Below, in pieces: positions 1-10,508 of a stretch of 64,000 nucleotides of DNA. The notes under the pieces are model-generated. The model was not told the origin of the DNA. It ran no database searches and worked only from the letters and a program-made list of their open reading frames with translations. Source of the stretch: an uncultured Planctomycetaceae bacterium. Its GTDB lineage: Bacteria > Planctomycetota > Planctomycetia > Planctomycetales > Planctomycetaceae. The DNA lies in assembly GCA_963976765.1 (NCBI GenBank), contig CAXBME010000007.1, positions 124,001 through 188,000 on the forward strand. The letters are read 5' to 3'. Within the stretch, counting starts at the first letter, position 1; the number at the start of each line of letters is the position of its first letter. The position numbers and the translations under genes were made by a program.

Positions 1-2
1 AA

Positions 3-1955
3 GGACTCGTTCCATCGTCCGATGCCGAAATGCCAGCACTGATTCGGAGGCTTCACTTTGATCTGATCGGGCTTCCGCCATCGCCTGACGCGATCGATCA
101 GTTCGTTGATCGAACCAGCAAAGAAGGCGTCGACAAAGCACTGGCAATTGAAGTTGACGATTTGCTGGCGTCGCCGCAGTTTGGCGAGCGATGGGGCAGG
201 CACTGGCTGGATGTTGCACGGTTTGCCGAGTCCAGCGGCAAAGACGCCAACATCTCGTTCCCCTACGCCTGGCGATATCGCGATTACGTCATCGACTGCG
301 TAAATGCCGACGTGCCGTATGACAGATTTCTGACCGAGCAGCTCGCGGGAGATCTGTTGCCGTTTGATTCGATCGAGGAGCGAGCACGGTTGTTGATCGC
401 GACGGGGTTTCTGGCGGTCGGCACGAAGAATCTCGACGAAATGAACGCGTTGCAGTTTCAGGCAGACATCGTCGACGAGCAGATTGACACCGTGACGCGC
501 GCGGTTCTCGGCAGTTCGGTCGCGTGCGCGAGATGCCATGATCACAAGTTCGACGCGTTCTCGATGAAGGATTACTACGCGCTTGCCGGCATCTTTGCCA
601 GCACGAAGACTTACTTTGGAACGTTCGTCTCACCTGCGAACCGAGTCGGTGGAGATCCGCTGCCACTTCCGGTCGAGGCTGGTCTTCCGGTTTACCATGA
701 GTCGATCAAGCCCGAACGTGTTGCGAAACTGGAAGCCGAACTGGCAAAGCTTCGGCAGGAAGAAAAAGACGGTCGTGCCGCCGTTTTCAAGGCAATCAAG
801 GAAGGCAGGGACGCGTCGAACATCTTCACACTGAGTGACGCGCTTCGAATTTTCTGGCGGACTGGCTCCATCAAAGGGCAACTTGAGAAGGTCGACTCCG
901 ATGGCAAAGCTCTGCCGCTGACGATGGGCGTTCGGGATCGAGAAAAAGTTGTCGACGTTCCAGTGTTGAAACGCGGCGAAATCGACCAGCCTGGCGATGT
1001 CGTCCCTCGCGCGTTTCCGACAGTCTTTGGTTTGCGTCAGGCAAATGCCTTGTCGAAAGATGCCAGCGGTCGGTTGGAGTTTGCTCAGTGGCTGACCGAT
1101 CCGCAGCACCCGCTCACGTCGCGCGTCATGGTTAACAGAATCTGGAAGCATGTCTTCGGCGAAGGACTCGTTGCGACCGTTGACGATTTTGGTTCGACCG
1201 GCCAGCTGCCGAGTCACCCGGAACTGCTGGATTTTCTGGCGTTGCGGTTTGTTGAGAATGAATGGTCGATCAAGTCGATGGTTCGCGAGCTGGTTCTCTC
1301 GCGAACGTACCGTCAGGCATCGACATGGCGCGAAGGGGCGTTTATCTCTGACCCCGATAATCGACTTTTATGGAGAATGCCGAAGCGACGGCTCGAAGCA
1401 GAGGCCATTCGCGATGCGATGCTGGCGGTTTCCGGTGAGCTGGATCGGGCACGGCCTGAAGCTTCGCTTGTCGGGCGGGTCATCGGTGACCGCCCCATTT
1501 CGCTGATCGGCCTGGACAAGCGACTTCCGACCGACCTCGATGGCAGTCTGAATCGATCGGTCTATCTTCCGGTGATTCGCGACCGGCTGCCCGACGTGCT
1601 GGAGCTTTTTGATTTTGCATCGGCCAGCTTCGTGACGGGGGCACGAGAAACGACGAACGTACCAACGCAGGCTCTGTATCTGATGAACAGTCCGTTCGTG
1701 CGGGATCGGTCAACGGCTCTTGCGAAACGTGTTCGTGATGAAACTGGCGACGACCAGAAAGCAGCGATTAACTCCGTTTTTCGATTGTGTTTTGGCCGGA
1801 AGCCTGACGCTGACGAAGAAACCAGCGCGTTGAAGTTTCTTTCGGATGATTCAGAAGCGAACGGCCAGTCACCAGGCAAAGGCGGTGGGGCCGACGCGTT
1901 GGCTCGTTTCTGTCAGGCAATCCTCTGCACGGCCGAGTTCCGAAATATCGATTGA
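3..1955 (+). CDS. DUF1549/DUF1553 (PSCyt2/PSD1) planctomycete cytochrome-associated protein, 5'-truncated by the window
   Basis: Frame open to the window edge; motifs GERWGRHWLDVARFAES, CARCHDHKFD, RVMVNRIWKH, PSHPELLD, RRLEAEAIRD, PTQALYLMN. Confidence 0.9.
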   Translation, partial: GLVPSSDAEMPALIRRLHFDLIGLPPSPDAIDQFVDRTSKEGVDKALAIEVDDLLASPQFGERWGRHWLDVARFAESSGKDANISFPYAWRYRDYVIDCVNADVPYDRFLTEQLAGDLLPFDSIEERARLLIATGFLAVGTKNLDEMNALQFQADIVDEQIDTVTRAVLGSSVACARCHDHKFDAFSMKDYYALAGIFASTKTYFGTFVSPANRVGGDPLPLPVEAGLPVYHESIKPERVAKLEAELAKLRQEEKDGRAAVFKAIKEGRDASNIFTLSDALRIFWRTGSIKGQLEKVDSDGKALPLTMGVRDREKVVDVPVLKRGEIDQPGDVVPRAFPTVFGLRQANALSKDASGRLEFAQWLTDPQHPLTSRVMVNRIWKHVFGEGLVATVDDFGSTGQLPSHPELLDFLALRFVENEWSIKSMVRELVLSRTYRQASTWREGAFISDPDNRLLWRMPKRRLEAEAIRDAMLAVSGELDRARPEASLVGRVIGDRPISLIGLDKRLPTDLDGSLNRSVYLPVIRDRLPDVLELFDFASASFVTGARETTNVPTQALYLMNSPFVRDRSTALAKRVRDETGDDQKAAINSVFRLCFGRKPDADEETSALKFLSDDSEANGQSPGKGGGADALARFCQAILCTAEFRNID

Positions 1956-1991
1956 GTCCGATTGAAAGTGCCGACCAAATCGCCAGGAAAA

Positions 1992-3419
1992 ATGACAATG
2001 ATTCCAGACCTCGTATTACCTCGTCGCTCTGTGCTGAAGTCGCTGGCCTCGGGCTTCGGATACCTGGCTTTCGCTGGACTCGCTCAGGAAGTCGCTGCGC
2101 GCGCGGCAGGCAATTCCGACAGCGAGCTGGCTCCGAAGCCGACGCACTTTGCTCCCCGAGCGAAACGGGTGATCTTCCTTTGCATGAACGGAGGCCCTTC
2201 GCACGTCGACCTGTTCGATCATAAGCCGGAGCTGGCGAAACAGGCCGGCAGCGAAGTGACGAAGTTCGGCCCTCGGATGATGCCTTCGCCGTTTAAGTTT
2301 GCTCAACACGGTGAGTCGGGACTCTCGTTCTCTGAAGTGTGTCCGAACGTGGCGAAACACGCCGACGACATCTGCATGATTCACAGCATGCAGACGGACC
2401 TGCCGAACCACTCGCAGGCGTTTATCCAGCTTCATACTGGAAGCTTTCAGTTCACCAGACCGTCAATGGGGGCCTGGACAGTCTACGGGCTGGGCACAGA
2501 GAACACAGACCTGCCTGGATTCATCACGCTTAACCCGCCTGCCGACAACGGTGGGGCACGGAATTACGGAACGAGTTTTCTGCCGTCGATTTTTCAGGCG
2601 ACGAAGATCGGTACGAATCAGATCCCGGGCTTCTATGCCAAACTGATGGGCATCGATCAGGAGCCGGGGCCGCCTTTGAAGAACATTGACAATTCGCAAC
2701 TTTCGGCCGGACAGCAGCGTCGGCAGCTCGATCTGATCCGCGAGCTGAACGCGTCGAAGTTAAAACGTGACGCGCACCATCCCGAGATCGAAGGCGCGAT
2801 CGAGACTTTCGAGCTCGCATTCCGGATGCAGCATTCGGTGCCTGAGTTGCTCGACCTGAAATCCGAACAGCCGACGATGCTCGAGTCGTACGGCATCGGC
2901 GCGGGACTACCGACGGACCGATTCGGCAGGCAGTGTCTGCTGGCGCGGCGAATGGCCGAAGCCGGCGTCCGATTTATCGAGCTGACCGCGCCGGTCGGCT
3001 GGGACCACCACTTTCTGTTGAAAGACAATCTTGCTGAAAGTTGTCTCGCGACAGACCAGCCGGTGGCGGCGTTGCTGGCCGATCTCAAACAACGGGACAT
3101 GCTGAAAGACACACTGGTGATCTGGGCGGGCGAGTTCGGTCGTACTCCGTACGCTCAAAGCGGTACCGGCCGGGATCACAACAACAAAGGGTTCACGATC
3201 TGGATGGCCGGCGGCGGAGTCAAAGGTGGGATGGCTTACGGAGCCACTGACGAGTTTGGTCACAAAGCCGTTGAAAATCCGGTCAGTATTCACGACTGGC
3301 ACGCCACGATTCTGCATTTGCTCGGGCTCGACCACGAACGACTCACGTTCAATTTCGCCGGTCGCGATTTCCGACTGACGGATGTCTACGGAGACGTCGT
3401 CCACGAAATAATCTCGTAG
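1992..3419 (+). CDS. DUF1501 family protein (Tat-type RR signal)
   Basis: PRRSVL signal, GGPSHVDLFD, GEFGRTP, GRDH, GGGVKGG; typical partner of DUF1553 genes; ATG at 1992 after AGGA. Confidence 0.9.
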   Translation: MTMIPDLVLPRRSVLKSLASGFGYLAFAGLAQEVAARAAGNSDSELAPKPTHFAPRAKRVIFLCMNGGPSHVDLFDHKPELAKQAGSEVTKFGPRMMPSPFKFAQHGESGLSFSEVCPNVAKHADDICMIHSMQTDLPNHSQAFIQLHTGSFQFTRPSMGAWTVYGLGTENTDLPGFITLNPPADNGGARNYGTSFLPSIFQATKIGTNQIPGFYAKLMGIDQEPGPPLKNIDNSQLSAGQQRRQLDLIRELNASKLKRDAHHPEIEGAIETFELAFRMQHSVPELLDLKSEQPTMLESYGIGAGLPTDRFGRQCLLARRMAEAGVRFIELTAPVGWDHHFLLKDNLAESCLATDQPVAALLADLKQRDMLKDTLVIWAGEFGRTPYAQSGTGRDHNNKGFTIWMAGGGVKGGMAYGATDEFGHKAVENPVSIHDWHATILHLLGLDHERLTFNFAGRDFRLTDVYGDVVHEIIS

Positions 3420-3546
3420 ATCACGCTTCGCCTGACGGAGTTCGAACCAATTTGTCGATGATGTGTGCCTGAGACTTCGCCAGGCAGGGTTCGACCTGCC
3501 CGGAAATAACGAACGGACAGCGGCGAGAATGTCATTTTCGGCGAGC

Positions 3547-3581
3547 TTGATACGGGACGTTCTGAGGTTACAATCCCCCGC
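3547..3581 (+). promoter_or_regulatory. Putative sigma70 promoter of rpmB
   Basis: TTGATA-N16-TACAAT followed by GC-rich discriminator CCCCCGC, ~60 nt upstream of rpmB. Confidence 0.55.
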
Positions 3582-3635
3582 TTCACTTAATTGCGATTCA
3601 CGGGGATTCCCGTCTGAAGAAGAGAAAGTCGAGTC

Positions 3636-3899
3636 ATGTCAAGGGTTTGCGACGTTTGCGGAAAAGAAGCTGGTCGAGGCAACAAGCTCTGCCAACGCGG
3701 AAAAGCCAAGTACCTCGGTGGTAACGGTCGAAAGACAACGGGCATTACCAAGCGTTATTACTACCCGAATCTGCAGAATATTCGCGTTCAGACGCCGGAA
3801 GGCGCTGCTCGTAAGAAGGTCTGCGTGAACTGCATTCGGTCAAACCGAGTCCAGAAAGCTGTGGTTCGAGAGCCGTTCACAATTCCTGGACAAGGTTAA
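3636..3899 (+). CDS. rpmB: 50S ribosomal protein L28 (zinc-ribbon form)
   Basis: MSRVCDVCGK...GITKRYYYPNLQ...KVCVNCIRS. Confidence 0.95.
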   Translation: MSRVCDVCGKEAGRGNKLCQRGKAKYLGGNGRKTTGITKRYYYPNLQNIRVQTPEGAARKKVCVNCIRSNRVQKAVVREPFTIPGQG

Positions 3900-4112
3900 T
3901 CGGCGAAACGCGGCGTCACGTCGAGAAATCGTGATGATGCCAGCGCTCGAACGAGAAAATTCAGCACCCCGACTGCTTTCTGGCAGCCGGGGTGCTTTTG
4001 CATCTGATGTTCGGCTTTTGATCAACTTTGCGGACGTCTCGCGAACCGACTGAATGACAGCTTCGGTCCAACGGTGCCGTCTGGATCTCAAGCCAGTTCC
4101 TGGAGATTACCT

Positions 4113-4403
4113 ATGCTGAGTCCCCAAGACGTCCAGAAAGTCGCGACGCTTGCTCGTCTGAAACTATCCGAGGAAGAGTTAAAACAGATTGGGCAACAGC
4201 TCGATGGAATTCTGGGTTACGTCGCCGTGCTGGACGAAGTCGACGTCTCGGAAGTCGAACCGATGGCTCACGTCGCCGATGTTGCGAACGCGTTTCGCGC
4301 CGATGAAGTGCGTCCGAGCCTGCCGCGAGAAGAGTCGCTGTCGAACGCTCCGAAAACCGACGGCAAGTACTTCCTCGTTCCACAGATTCTGGAAAATGCC
4401 TGA
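4113..4403 (+). CDS. gatC: Asp/Glu-tRNA amidotransferase subunit C
   Basis: VATLARL, VEPMAH, FRADEV, NAP...YFLVPQI; upstream of gatA; ATG after GGAG. Confidence 0.95.
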   Translation: MLSPQDVQKVATLARLKLSEEELKQIGQQLDGILGYVAVLDEVDVSEVEPMAHVADVANAFRADEVRPSLPREESLSNAPKTDGKYFLVPQILENA

Positions 4404-4478
4404 CAGTTTTTGACGGCTTTTGCTTTACTCAATCCCGAAGACCAGGCGATCGACCTGGAACACCGGAGCTGATTTGCG

Positions 4479-5942
4479 ATGGACATAACCGGATCGACAA
4501 CTGGCCAGCTTCTCGACGCCATGCAGGGCGGCGCTGTTTCGGCTGTTGAAGTCACGCAGGCTTATCTCGACGAAATTTCGACGCATGGTGAAGCTGTCGG
4601 TGCATTTTTGACCGTTGATGCAGAAGGTGCTCTGGCTCAAGCGGCTCAGGTTGATCGCAAGCGTGTAGCAAAAGAGCCACTCGGAAAACTGGCCGGCCTG
4701 CCCGTTGCTGTGAAAGACAACATCTGCACGAAGGGGCTCGCCACTACCTGCGCGAGTCGCATGCTGGAAAACTTCGTCCCCCCTTACGACGCTCATGTCA
4801 CGACGAAATTGCAGAACGCCGACGCGGTCCTCATCGGAAAAACAAACCTCGACGAATTTGCGATGGGGTCGTCGACCGAGAACTCCGCGCTGAGGGTGAC
4901 GAGAAACCCCTGGAATACGGAACGTGCTCCTGGCGGATCAAGCGGCGGTTCGGCGGCGGCAGTGAGTGCGAGACTGGCAACGCTAAGCCTTGGGAGTGAC
5001 ACCGGAGGTTCGATTCGTCAGCCGGCTTCGTTCTGCGGCGTCGTTGGCATGAAGCCAACTTACGGTCGGGTGTCCAGGTATGGGCTGGTCGCGTTCGCCA
5101 GCTCGCTCGATCAGATCGGACCGTTCTCGGTCGACGTTACGGGCGCGGCGTTGCTGCTGGAATCGATCGCTGGCCACGACAATCGCGATTCGACTAGCGT
5201 TGATCGCCCGGTTCCGAGTTACTCGGCAACGGTCGATCAGCCACTGAATGGTCTGCGAGTCGGAGTGGTGTCGGAATTCTTTGGAGAAGGTATCGACTCG
5301 GATGTTGACTCTTCCGTGCGAGCGGCCATCGACGTTTATCGATCGCTGGGGGCGGAAGTCTCGGAAGTTTCGCTGCCGCACACGAAGTATGCCGTCGCGA
5401 CTTATTACCTGATTGCGTGCTCGGAAGCGTCGAGCAATCTCGCACGCTACGACGGAGTTCACTACGGCCACCGGGCCGAACAGTTCGAAAATATGATCGA
5501 CATGTACGCGGCCAGTCGAGCGGAAGGTTTTGGTGCGGAAGTGAAACGGCGAATCATGCTCGGCGTGTTCGCCTTGTCCGAGGGCTACAGCGATCAGTAC
5601 TACTTGAAAGCCTTGAAGGTTCGTCGCCTGATTCGTAACGACTTCGACGCGGCTTTCGCAAACGTTGACGTGCTGGCAGGGCCGACCTGCCCGACGCCGG
5701 CGTTCAAAATCGGCGAACTCGTTGACGACCCGCTGCAGATGTACCTTTCGGACATCTGCACGATCAGCGCAAATCTTGCCGGCATCCCCGGAGTGTCCGT
5801 CCCGGCCGGATTCAGCGGGAGCGGACTGCCAATCGGACTGCAACTTCTGGCCGGGCCGTTTGAAGAGGAAAAGCTGCTGCGGGCTGCTCGAATGTTCGAA
5901 CGCGAAACGGACTGGCACACGAAGCGTCCGATATTCAGCTAG
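4479..5942 (+). CDS. gatA: Asp/Glu-tRNA amidotransferase subunit A
   Basis: Amidase signature GGSSGGSAAAV, GSDTGGSIRQPAS, SSNLARYDG, EVKRRIMLG. Confidence 0.97.
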   Translation: MDITGSTTGQLLDAMQGGAVSAVEVTQAYLDEISTHGEAVGAFLTVDAEGALAQAAQVDRKRVAKEPLGKLAGLPVAVKDNICTKGLATTCASRMLENFVPPYDAHVTTKLQNADAVLIGKTNLDEFAMGSSTENSALRVTRNPWNTERAPGGSSGGSAAAVSARLATLSLGSDTGGSIRQPASFCGVVGMKPTYGRVSRYGLVAFASSLDQIGPFSVDVTGAALLLESIAGHDNRDSTSVDRPVPSYSATVDQPLNGLRVGVVSEFFGEGIDSDVDSSVRAAIDVYRSLGAEVSEVSLPHTKYAVATYYLIACSEASSNLARYDGVHYGHRAEQFENMIDMYAASRAEGFGAEVKRRIMLGVFALSEGYSDQYYLKALKVRRLIRNDFDAAFANVDVLAGPTCPTPAFKIGELVDDPLQMYLSDICTISANLAGIPGVSVPAGFSGSGLPIGLQLLAGPFEEEKLLRAARMFERETDWHTKRPIFS

Positions 5943-5950
5943 CTCTTCTT

Positions 5951-6020
5951 GTGTGCCACTGGCTTTGCCAGTGCTCCCGAATTGCACTCTCAACTAACAC
6001 TGGCAAGGCCAGTGCCACAC
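5951..6020. repeat. Inverted pair of REP-like palindromes, family A (GTGCCACTGGCnnnGCCAGTGC)
   Basis: GTGTGCCACTGGCTTTGCCAGTGC at 5951-5974 and inverted ACACTGGCAAGGCCAGTGCCACAC at 5997-6020; second occurrence at 18716-18791. Confidence 0.85.
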
Positions 6021-6079
6021 GACACTAAGTTTTAGTCAGCGATTAGCATTAACTGCCAAACCAGCAGACGAGAGTCGAC

Positions 6080-7573
6080 ATGGAATTTACGCCGATCATC
6101 GGACTCGAAGTTCACGTTCAACTTCTGACGAAGTCAAAGCTGTTCTGCGGTTGCGCGAACCTTTTCAACCCGGACAATCCCAATGTGCAGACGTGTCCGG
6201 TCTGTCTCGGTCTGCCCGGTTCGTTGCCCGTCATGAATCAGGAAGCGCTTCGGCTCTCGCAGAAAACGGCGATGGCTTTGAACCTGAATCTGGCGAAGTT
6301 CACCAAGTGGGACCGTAAGCAGTATTACTATCCTGACCTGCCGAAGGCTTATCAGATCAGCCAGTTCGACTTGCCGTTCAGCTATGACGGATGGGTTGAA
6401 GTCACGCTGCCATCGTCCGGTGAAACAACGAAGGTTCGGCTGATCCGGGCTCATCTGGAAGAAGATGCCGGCAAGAACATGCACGACGAGTCCGGTCGTG
6501 GCGGAGATAGTAAAGTCGACCTCAACCGAACCGGGACGCCGCTGCTGGAAATCGTTTCTGAGCCAGACATCCGCTGTGCCGAGGAGGCCCGTGTCTTTCT
6601 GGAAGAACTCCGGCTGCTGCTGCGGTATATCGAAGTTTCTGACTGCAACATGCAGGAAGGCAGCATGCGTTGCGACGCGAACGTCAACCTGCACGTTCTC
6701 GAAGGCGGCGAAAAAATTCCGACACCTATCGTCGAAATCAAGAATCTGAACAGCTTTCGCGGAGTGGAAGCTGCAATTGAATATGAAATCAAACGACAGG
6801 CCAAAGCCTGGGAAACCGAACGCAAGCGGATCGGCGACGTTCCGAAGGAAACTCGAGGCTGGGATGCCGACCGCGGACAGACCTTCGCGCAACGCGGCAA
6901 AGAGGACGCCGCTGACTATCGCTACTTCCCTGACCCCGACCTGGTTCCCGTCACGACGACCGACGAACAGTTCGACGCCATTCGAGCGACACTGTGTGTC
7001 TTCCCTGCCGATCGTCGGAAAAGTTATGTGAACGATCTCGGGCTTTCGGCCTACGATGCCAGCGTGATTGTTGATCAGGGCCGCGAGTATGCCGACTACT
7101 TTGACGAAGTGACCGCCGTCTGCGGTGATGGGAAGCAGGCTGCCAACTGGGTGACTCAGGATGTGCAGCGTGAGCTGAACGACCGCAAGGTGGAGATTGC
7201 CGAGTTTGCGATTCCAGCAGCAGTGCTCGGTAACATTCTTGAGCGAATCGTGAAGGGGGATATCACGGTCAAAAGTGGCCGCGAAGTGTTTGCCGAGTTG
7301 CTGGCCCTGACTGATGACGGCACGGAAGTCTCAGCGAATTCTGTTGAATCGATCATCGCTGACAAAGGTCTGGTTGTCGTAAAAGACACCGGTAAGATCG
7401 ACGCAGCGATTCAGGCTGTCATCGACAATGAGCGAAATGCCAAAGCTGTCGAAGACGTTCGCAACGGAAAACAGCAGGCTGTCGGCCCACTGATCGGACA
7501 GGTCATGCGGGAACTGAAAGGCGCCGATGCTGGCTCGGTTCGGCAGATGATCATCGACAAGCTGACATCCTGA
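6080..7573 (+). CDS. gatB: Asp/Glu-tRNA amidotransferase subunit B
   Basis: [56 protein letters not shown]. Confidence 0.97.
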   Translation: MEFTPIIGLEVHVQLLTKSKLFCGCANLFNPDNPNVQTCPVCLGLPGSLPVMNQEALRLSQKTAMALNLNLAKFTKWDRKQYYYPDLPKAYQISQFDLPFSYDGWVEVTLPSSGETTKVRLIRAHLEEDAGKNMHDESGRGGDSKVDLNRTGTPLLEIVSEPDIRCAEEARVFLEELRLLLRYIEVSDCNMQEGSMRCDANVNLHVLEGGEKIPTPIVEIKNLNSFRGVEAAIEYEIKRQAKAWETERKRIGDVPKETRGWDADRGQTFAQRGKEDAADYRYFPDPDLVPVTTTDEQFDAIRATLCVFPADRRKSYVNDLGLSAYDASVIVDQGREYADYFDEVTAVCGDGKQAANWVTQDVQRELNDRKVEIAEFAIPAAVLGNILERIVKGDITVKSGREVFAELLALTDDGTEVSANSVESIIADKGLVVVKDTGKIDAAIQAVIDNERNAKAVEDVRNGKQQAVGPLIGQVMRELKGADAGSVRQMIIDKLTS

Positions 7574-7644
7574 ATCGGTCGGCAACAACGACCAGTCAGG
7601 CGTTGATCGGATCAAGAAGTCTGAAAATTGATTCTGAAGCAACT

Positions 7645-9252
7645 CTACTCGGCGGATCCCTGCGGTTTGTTCTTTCGGATCAGATTCTGGCTCGGCCTGT
7701 TAGGTTTGCTGGGTTTGCCGGGCTGGGGAGACTTGCTGGTTTGCTGCCCGCTCCGTTGCTTAGCGCGACCCTTGCCGGATTTTCTACCTTGTGGCTCGGT
7801 CACTCGTTCCAGCAGAGCCACTGTTTCGATGTGTGCAGTGTGTGGGAACATGTCGACCGGCTGGATCTCGACGATGCGGTAGCCTGACTGAGTCAGGACT
7901 TCCAGGTCGCTGGCCAGGGCCTGCGGATTGCACGAGACGTTGATGATTCGTCGAGGTCGCAGGCCTCGGGCGATGATTTTGACGGACCACTCCGGGCAGC
8001 CGTCGCGCGGCGGATCGAGAATTACTGTTTCGAATTTCAGCGATCGTGGGACGCCCTTCAGGAAGTTCTGCACGCGACTCTGAACGAAGCGGCAGCCGGA
8101 GATTTCATTCTGACGAAGAGTCTCCAATCCGTCGGCGACGGATGTCGGGTTTTCCTCGACGGCGGTGACTCGGTGCCCGACAGCGGCCAGCGGGATCGAG
8201 AACAGGCCGACTCCCGAATACAGATCAAGGATCGAACTCGGCACATTGCCGGGGATGTGTTTCTGTACAAGCTTCAAGAGCTGGTCCGCGCAGTACGCAC
8301 TGGTCTGGAAGAAGGCGTCCGGCGAAACGTGAAACTCGATACCGCCGACGTGTTCAACCAGGCGAGTGTCGCCAGCGAGAAATTTTGTTTCGCGACCGAT
8401 ATAGGTGCTCTTCGCGTCGGTCTGAATGTTGAGATGGACGCCCGCGACTCCGGGGATCTTGAGGAAGGCCTGTTCGGCACCTCGCAGTTCGGAGATTCGG
8501 TCGCTGGTTGCGATCAGGACGACGTGCGATTGTTCGCCGTTTCCTGCTGTGCGGACCAGGACACTCTTCAGCCCCGGCTCGGTCGACTCTGAACTGGCCA
8601 CGGGCACGTTGCGTTCCCGCAGCCACTTCTGCACCTGTCGGGCGATTTCGTCACCGGCAGGATGATGGACGGGGCATTCGTGAATCTGCTCCAGTTCGGT
8701 GCTGTGTTCCTTGTGGTGGCAAAGGTGCAGATTGCTGGTCCGGCCCTGGCCGAAGTCGACGACAGAGTAGTGGATCTTGTTCCGAGTTCCCCACGGTTCG
8801 GGGATACCGATCATCGGCAGAATCGGAAGCCCCTTTTTTCGCAGCTTGTGTTCAAGCGTCGCGCGAACGAGTTCTTCCTTCCAGTGGAGCTGCTCGTCGT
8901 ACTCGATGTGCTGCCACAGGCAACCGCCGCAGCGCCCGAAATGTCGGCACTTCGGAGCGACTCGTGTTTCAGCCGGCTTAGAAACGTTGATCACTCGCGC
9001 CCGACCGAATTTCTTTCCGACGGTGACGACTTTGGCTTTGACCGATTCGCCGGGAATGGCACCGGACACAAACAAAACGTATCCATCAAGTCGGGCGAGC
9101 GATTGCCCTTCGAGCGTCATCGAGTCAATGGTCAGTTCAACTTCCTGGCCGACTGAAACGAATGACCCGTTCACCTCGACAGTTTCGCGCGGCGAGTCTC
9201 GTTTCTGTGGTCGCTTCCAGGGAGAGTCTTCGGATTTGCTGCGAGGATTCAT
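7645..9252 (-). CDS. rlmD: 23S rRNA m5U methyltransferase, RlmD/RumA family
   Basis: TRAM domain, CRHFGRCGGC Fe-S motif, AFFQ, LDLYSGVG, LDPPRDG, VSCNP, DMFPHTAHIE. Confidence 0.85.
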   Translation of the reverse strand: MNPRSKSEDSPWKRPQKRDSPRETVEVNGSFVSVGQEVELTIDSMTLEGQSLARLDGYVLFVSGAIPGESVKAKVVTVGKKFGRARVINVSKPAETRVAPKCRHFGRCGGCLWQHIEYDEQLHWKEELVRATLEHKLRKKGLPILPMIGIPEPWGTRNKIHYSVVDFGQGRTSNLHLCHHKEHSTELEQIHECPVHHPAGDEIARQVQKWLRERNVPVASSESTEPGLKSVLVRTAGNGEQSHVVLIATSDRISELRGAEQAFLKIPGVAGVHLNIQTDAKSTYIGRETKFLAGDTRLVEHVGGIEFHVSPDAFFQTSAYCADQLLKLVQKHIPGNVPSSILDLYSGVGLFSIPLAAVGHRVTAVEENPTSVADGLETLRQNEISGCRFVQSRVQNFLKGVPRSLKFETVILDPPRDGCPEWSVKIIARGLRPRRIINVSCNPQALASDLEVLTQSGYRIVEIQPVDMFPHTAHIETVALLERVTEPQGRKSGKGRAKQRSGQQTSKSPQPGKPSKPNRPSQNLIRKNKPQGSAE

Positions 9253-9319
9253 GATGTCGTAACGGTTTCCAACGAGCGGCGGCTCGCTATGAGCAGAGAT
9301 GTTTACGGAGCCTGTTGAA

Positions 9320-9727
9320 TTAGCTCAGATTATGCGGCCCGAAACTGAGAGGGAGCAGGTCGCCAATGGAGACCCGGATGTCATCCGGTCCGTCGCAAAG
9401 GCTGACGATTTCGATGTCCGGTGCCAATTCGATGATTACCTGCCGACAGGCACCGCACGGAGCTGTCGGTTTGGGAGTCGCCGTGAAAACCAGCAGTAAT
9501 CTGAATTCACGACAGCCGGCGACAATGGCCTGACCAAAAGCATTTCGTTCGGCACAGATCGTCAATCCGTGGGACGCGTTTTCGACGTTGCAACCAGTAA
9601 AAATTCGACCATCCACAGCAAGCAGAGCCGCACCAACGGCAAACCGGCTATACGGACACCACGCGTTTCGGGATGCCTCACGAGCGGCTTTTTCCAGCGC
9701 GGCAAGTTGTGAATCCGAAATGGGCAT
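9320..9727 (-). CDS. cdd: Cytidine deaminase
   Basis: PYSRFAVGAA, GCNVENAS, CAERNA, PCGACRQ. Confidence 0.95.
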   Translation of the reverse strand: MPISDSQLAALEKAAREASRNAWCPYSRFAVGAALLAVDGRIFTGCNVENASHGLTICAERNAFGQAIVAGCREFRLLLVFTATPKPTAPCGACRQVIIELAPDIEIVSLCDGPDDIRVSIGDLLPLSFGPHNLS

Positions 9728-9806
9728 CAGAATGGATCAATCGGTCAGGGGGAAGCAGATGTGTTTCGGTTTCGGTGTGTTATTTCTTCAAGTGTCAGGA
9801 TCAGGT

Positions 9807-10190
9807 TCAAAACAGCGACTCTTCGGACGTTGGGCCGCGACGAGCTTTCGGTTTCTGCGATACCGGTTTGTCGGAGCTGCTCGACCTGCCGCTGGAAGAT
9901 TCTGTCGCCGCCGATGAGGCGAAAGTCGCGGATGCGTCGAAAGTCTCGGTTTCGACAGTGCCGTCCTCGGCGACGCTCGTCAGAACTTCGATCCGTTGTT
10001 CAGCCTGCTCAAGAACTTTGTAGCAGTTTCTCAACAGGGAAATGCCTCTTTCGAACTGCTCCATCGATTCTTCCAGAGGCAGTGATCCATCTTCGAGTTG
10101 TCCGACAATACTCTGCAGCTCGACGATCGCTCCTTCGAACGAGGGAGCTTCGGTTTTCGCCTGATTCTGTTGAGACTTTTTTCCAGCCAC
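9807..10190 (-). CDS. xseB: Exodeoxyribonuclease VII small subunit with C-terminal low-complexity tail
   Basis: [33 protein letters not shown]...LEQAEQRI. Confidence 0.92.
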   Translation of the reverse strand: MAGKKSQQNQAKTEAPSFEGAIVELQSIVGQLEDGSLPLEESMEQFERGISLLRNCYKVLEQAEQRIEVLTSVAEDGTVETETFDASATFASSAATESSSGRSSSSDKPVSQKPKARRGPTSEESLF

Positions 10191-10508
10191 AGTCCGGTAT
10201 CCTGTTTGAGTCTCCTTTGTTGGAGACTTCTGTTCGTACTTGCGTGAGTCGGCGCCCGATCTGCTGCGAGGCCATATTGACGCTCTTTTCCGGGCGGGCG
10301 TAGATTACCGGCAAACGGTTGGGAGTTCTCCTGAGCGACGGTTTTCCTTCGGGAATCCTTGGTAATCGGTGTCGTGATTCAGAACCTGGAACCGCTGGTC
10401 GGGCTCTTCGGCCTGGTCGGCGCTGCGGATAATTCAGGACTTCGAAGTTTGAGAATTGGCAAAGTCTGCTCGTGGGCGGCCTGCTGATCGGTGCAGCATG
10501 GAGGCGGC

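Noticed and set aside
4983..5993. Long antisense ORFs over gatA and similar ones (24874-25989, 35531-36508, 39135-40385)
   Set aside because: Typical GC-rich shadow frames opposite well-supported genes.
5951..6020. Possible CRISPR repeats
   Set aside because: Only inverted doublets, not direct repeats with regular spacers; no cas genes in the window.
10310..10345. c-di-GMP-I riboswitch-like start (GGCAAAC...GACG)
   Set aside because: Lacks the GNRA loop, the GCAAAG junction and the tetraloop-receptor stem.
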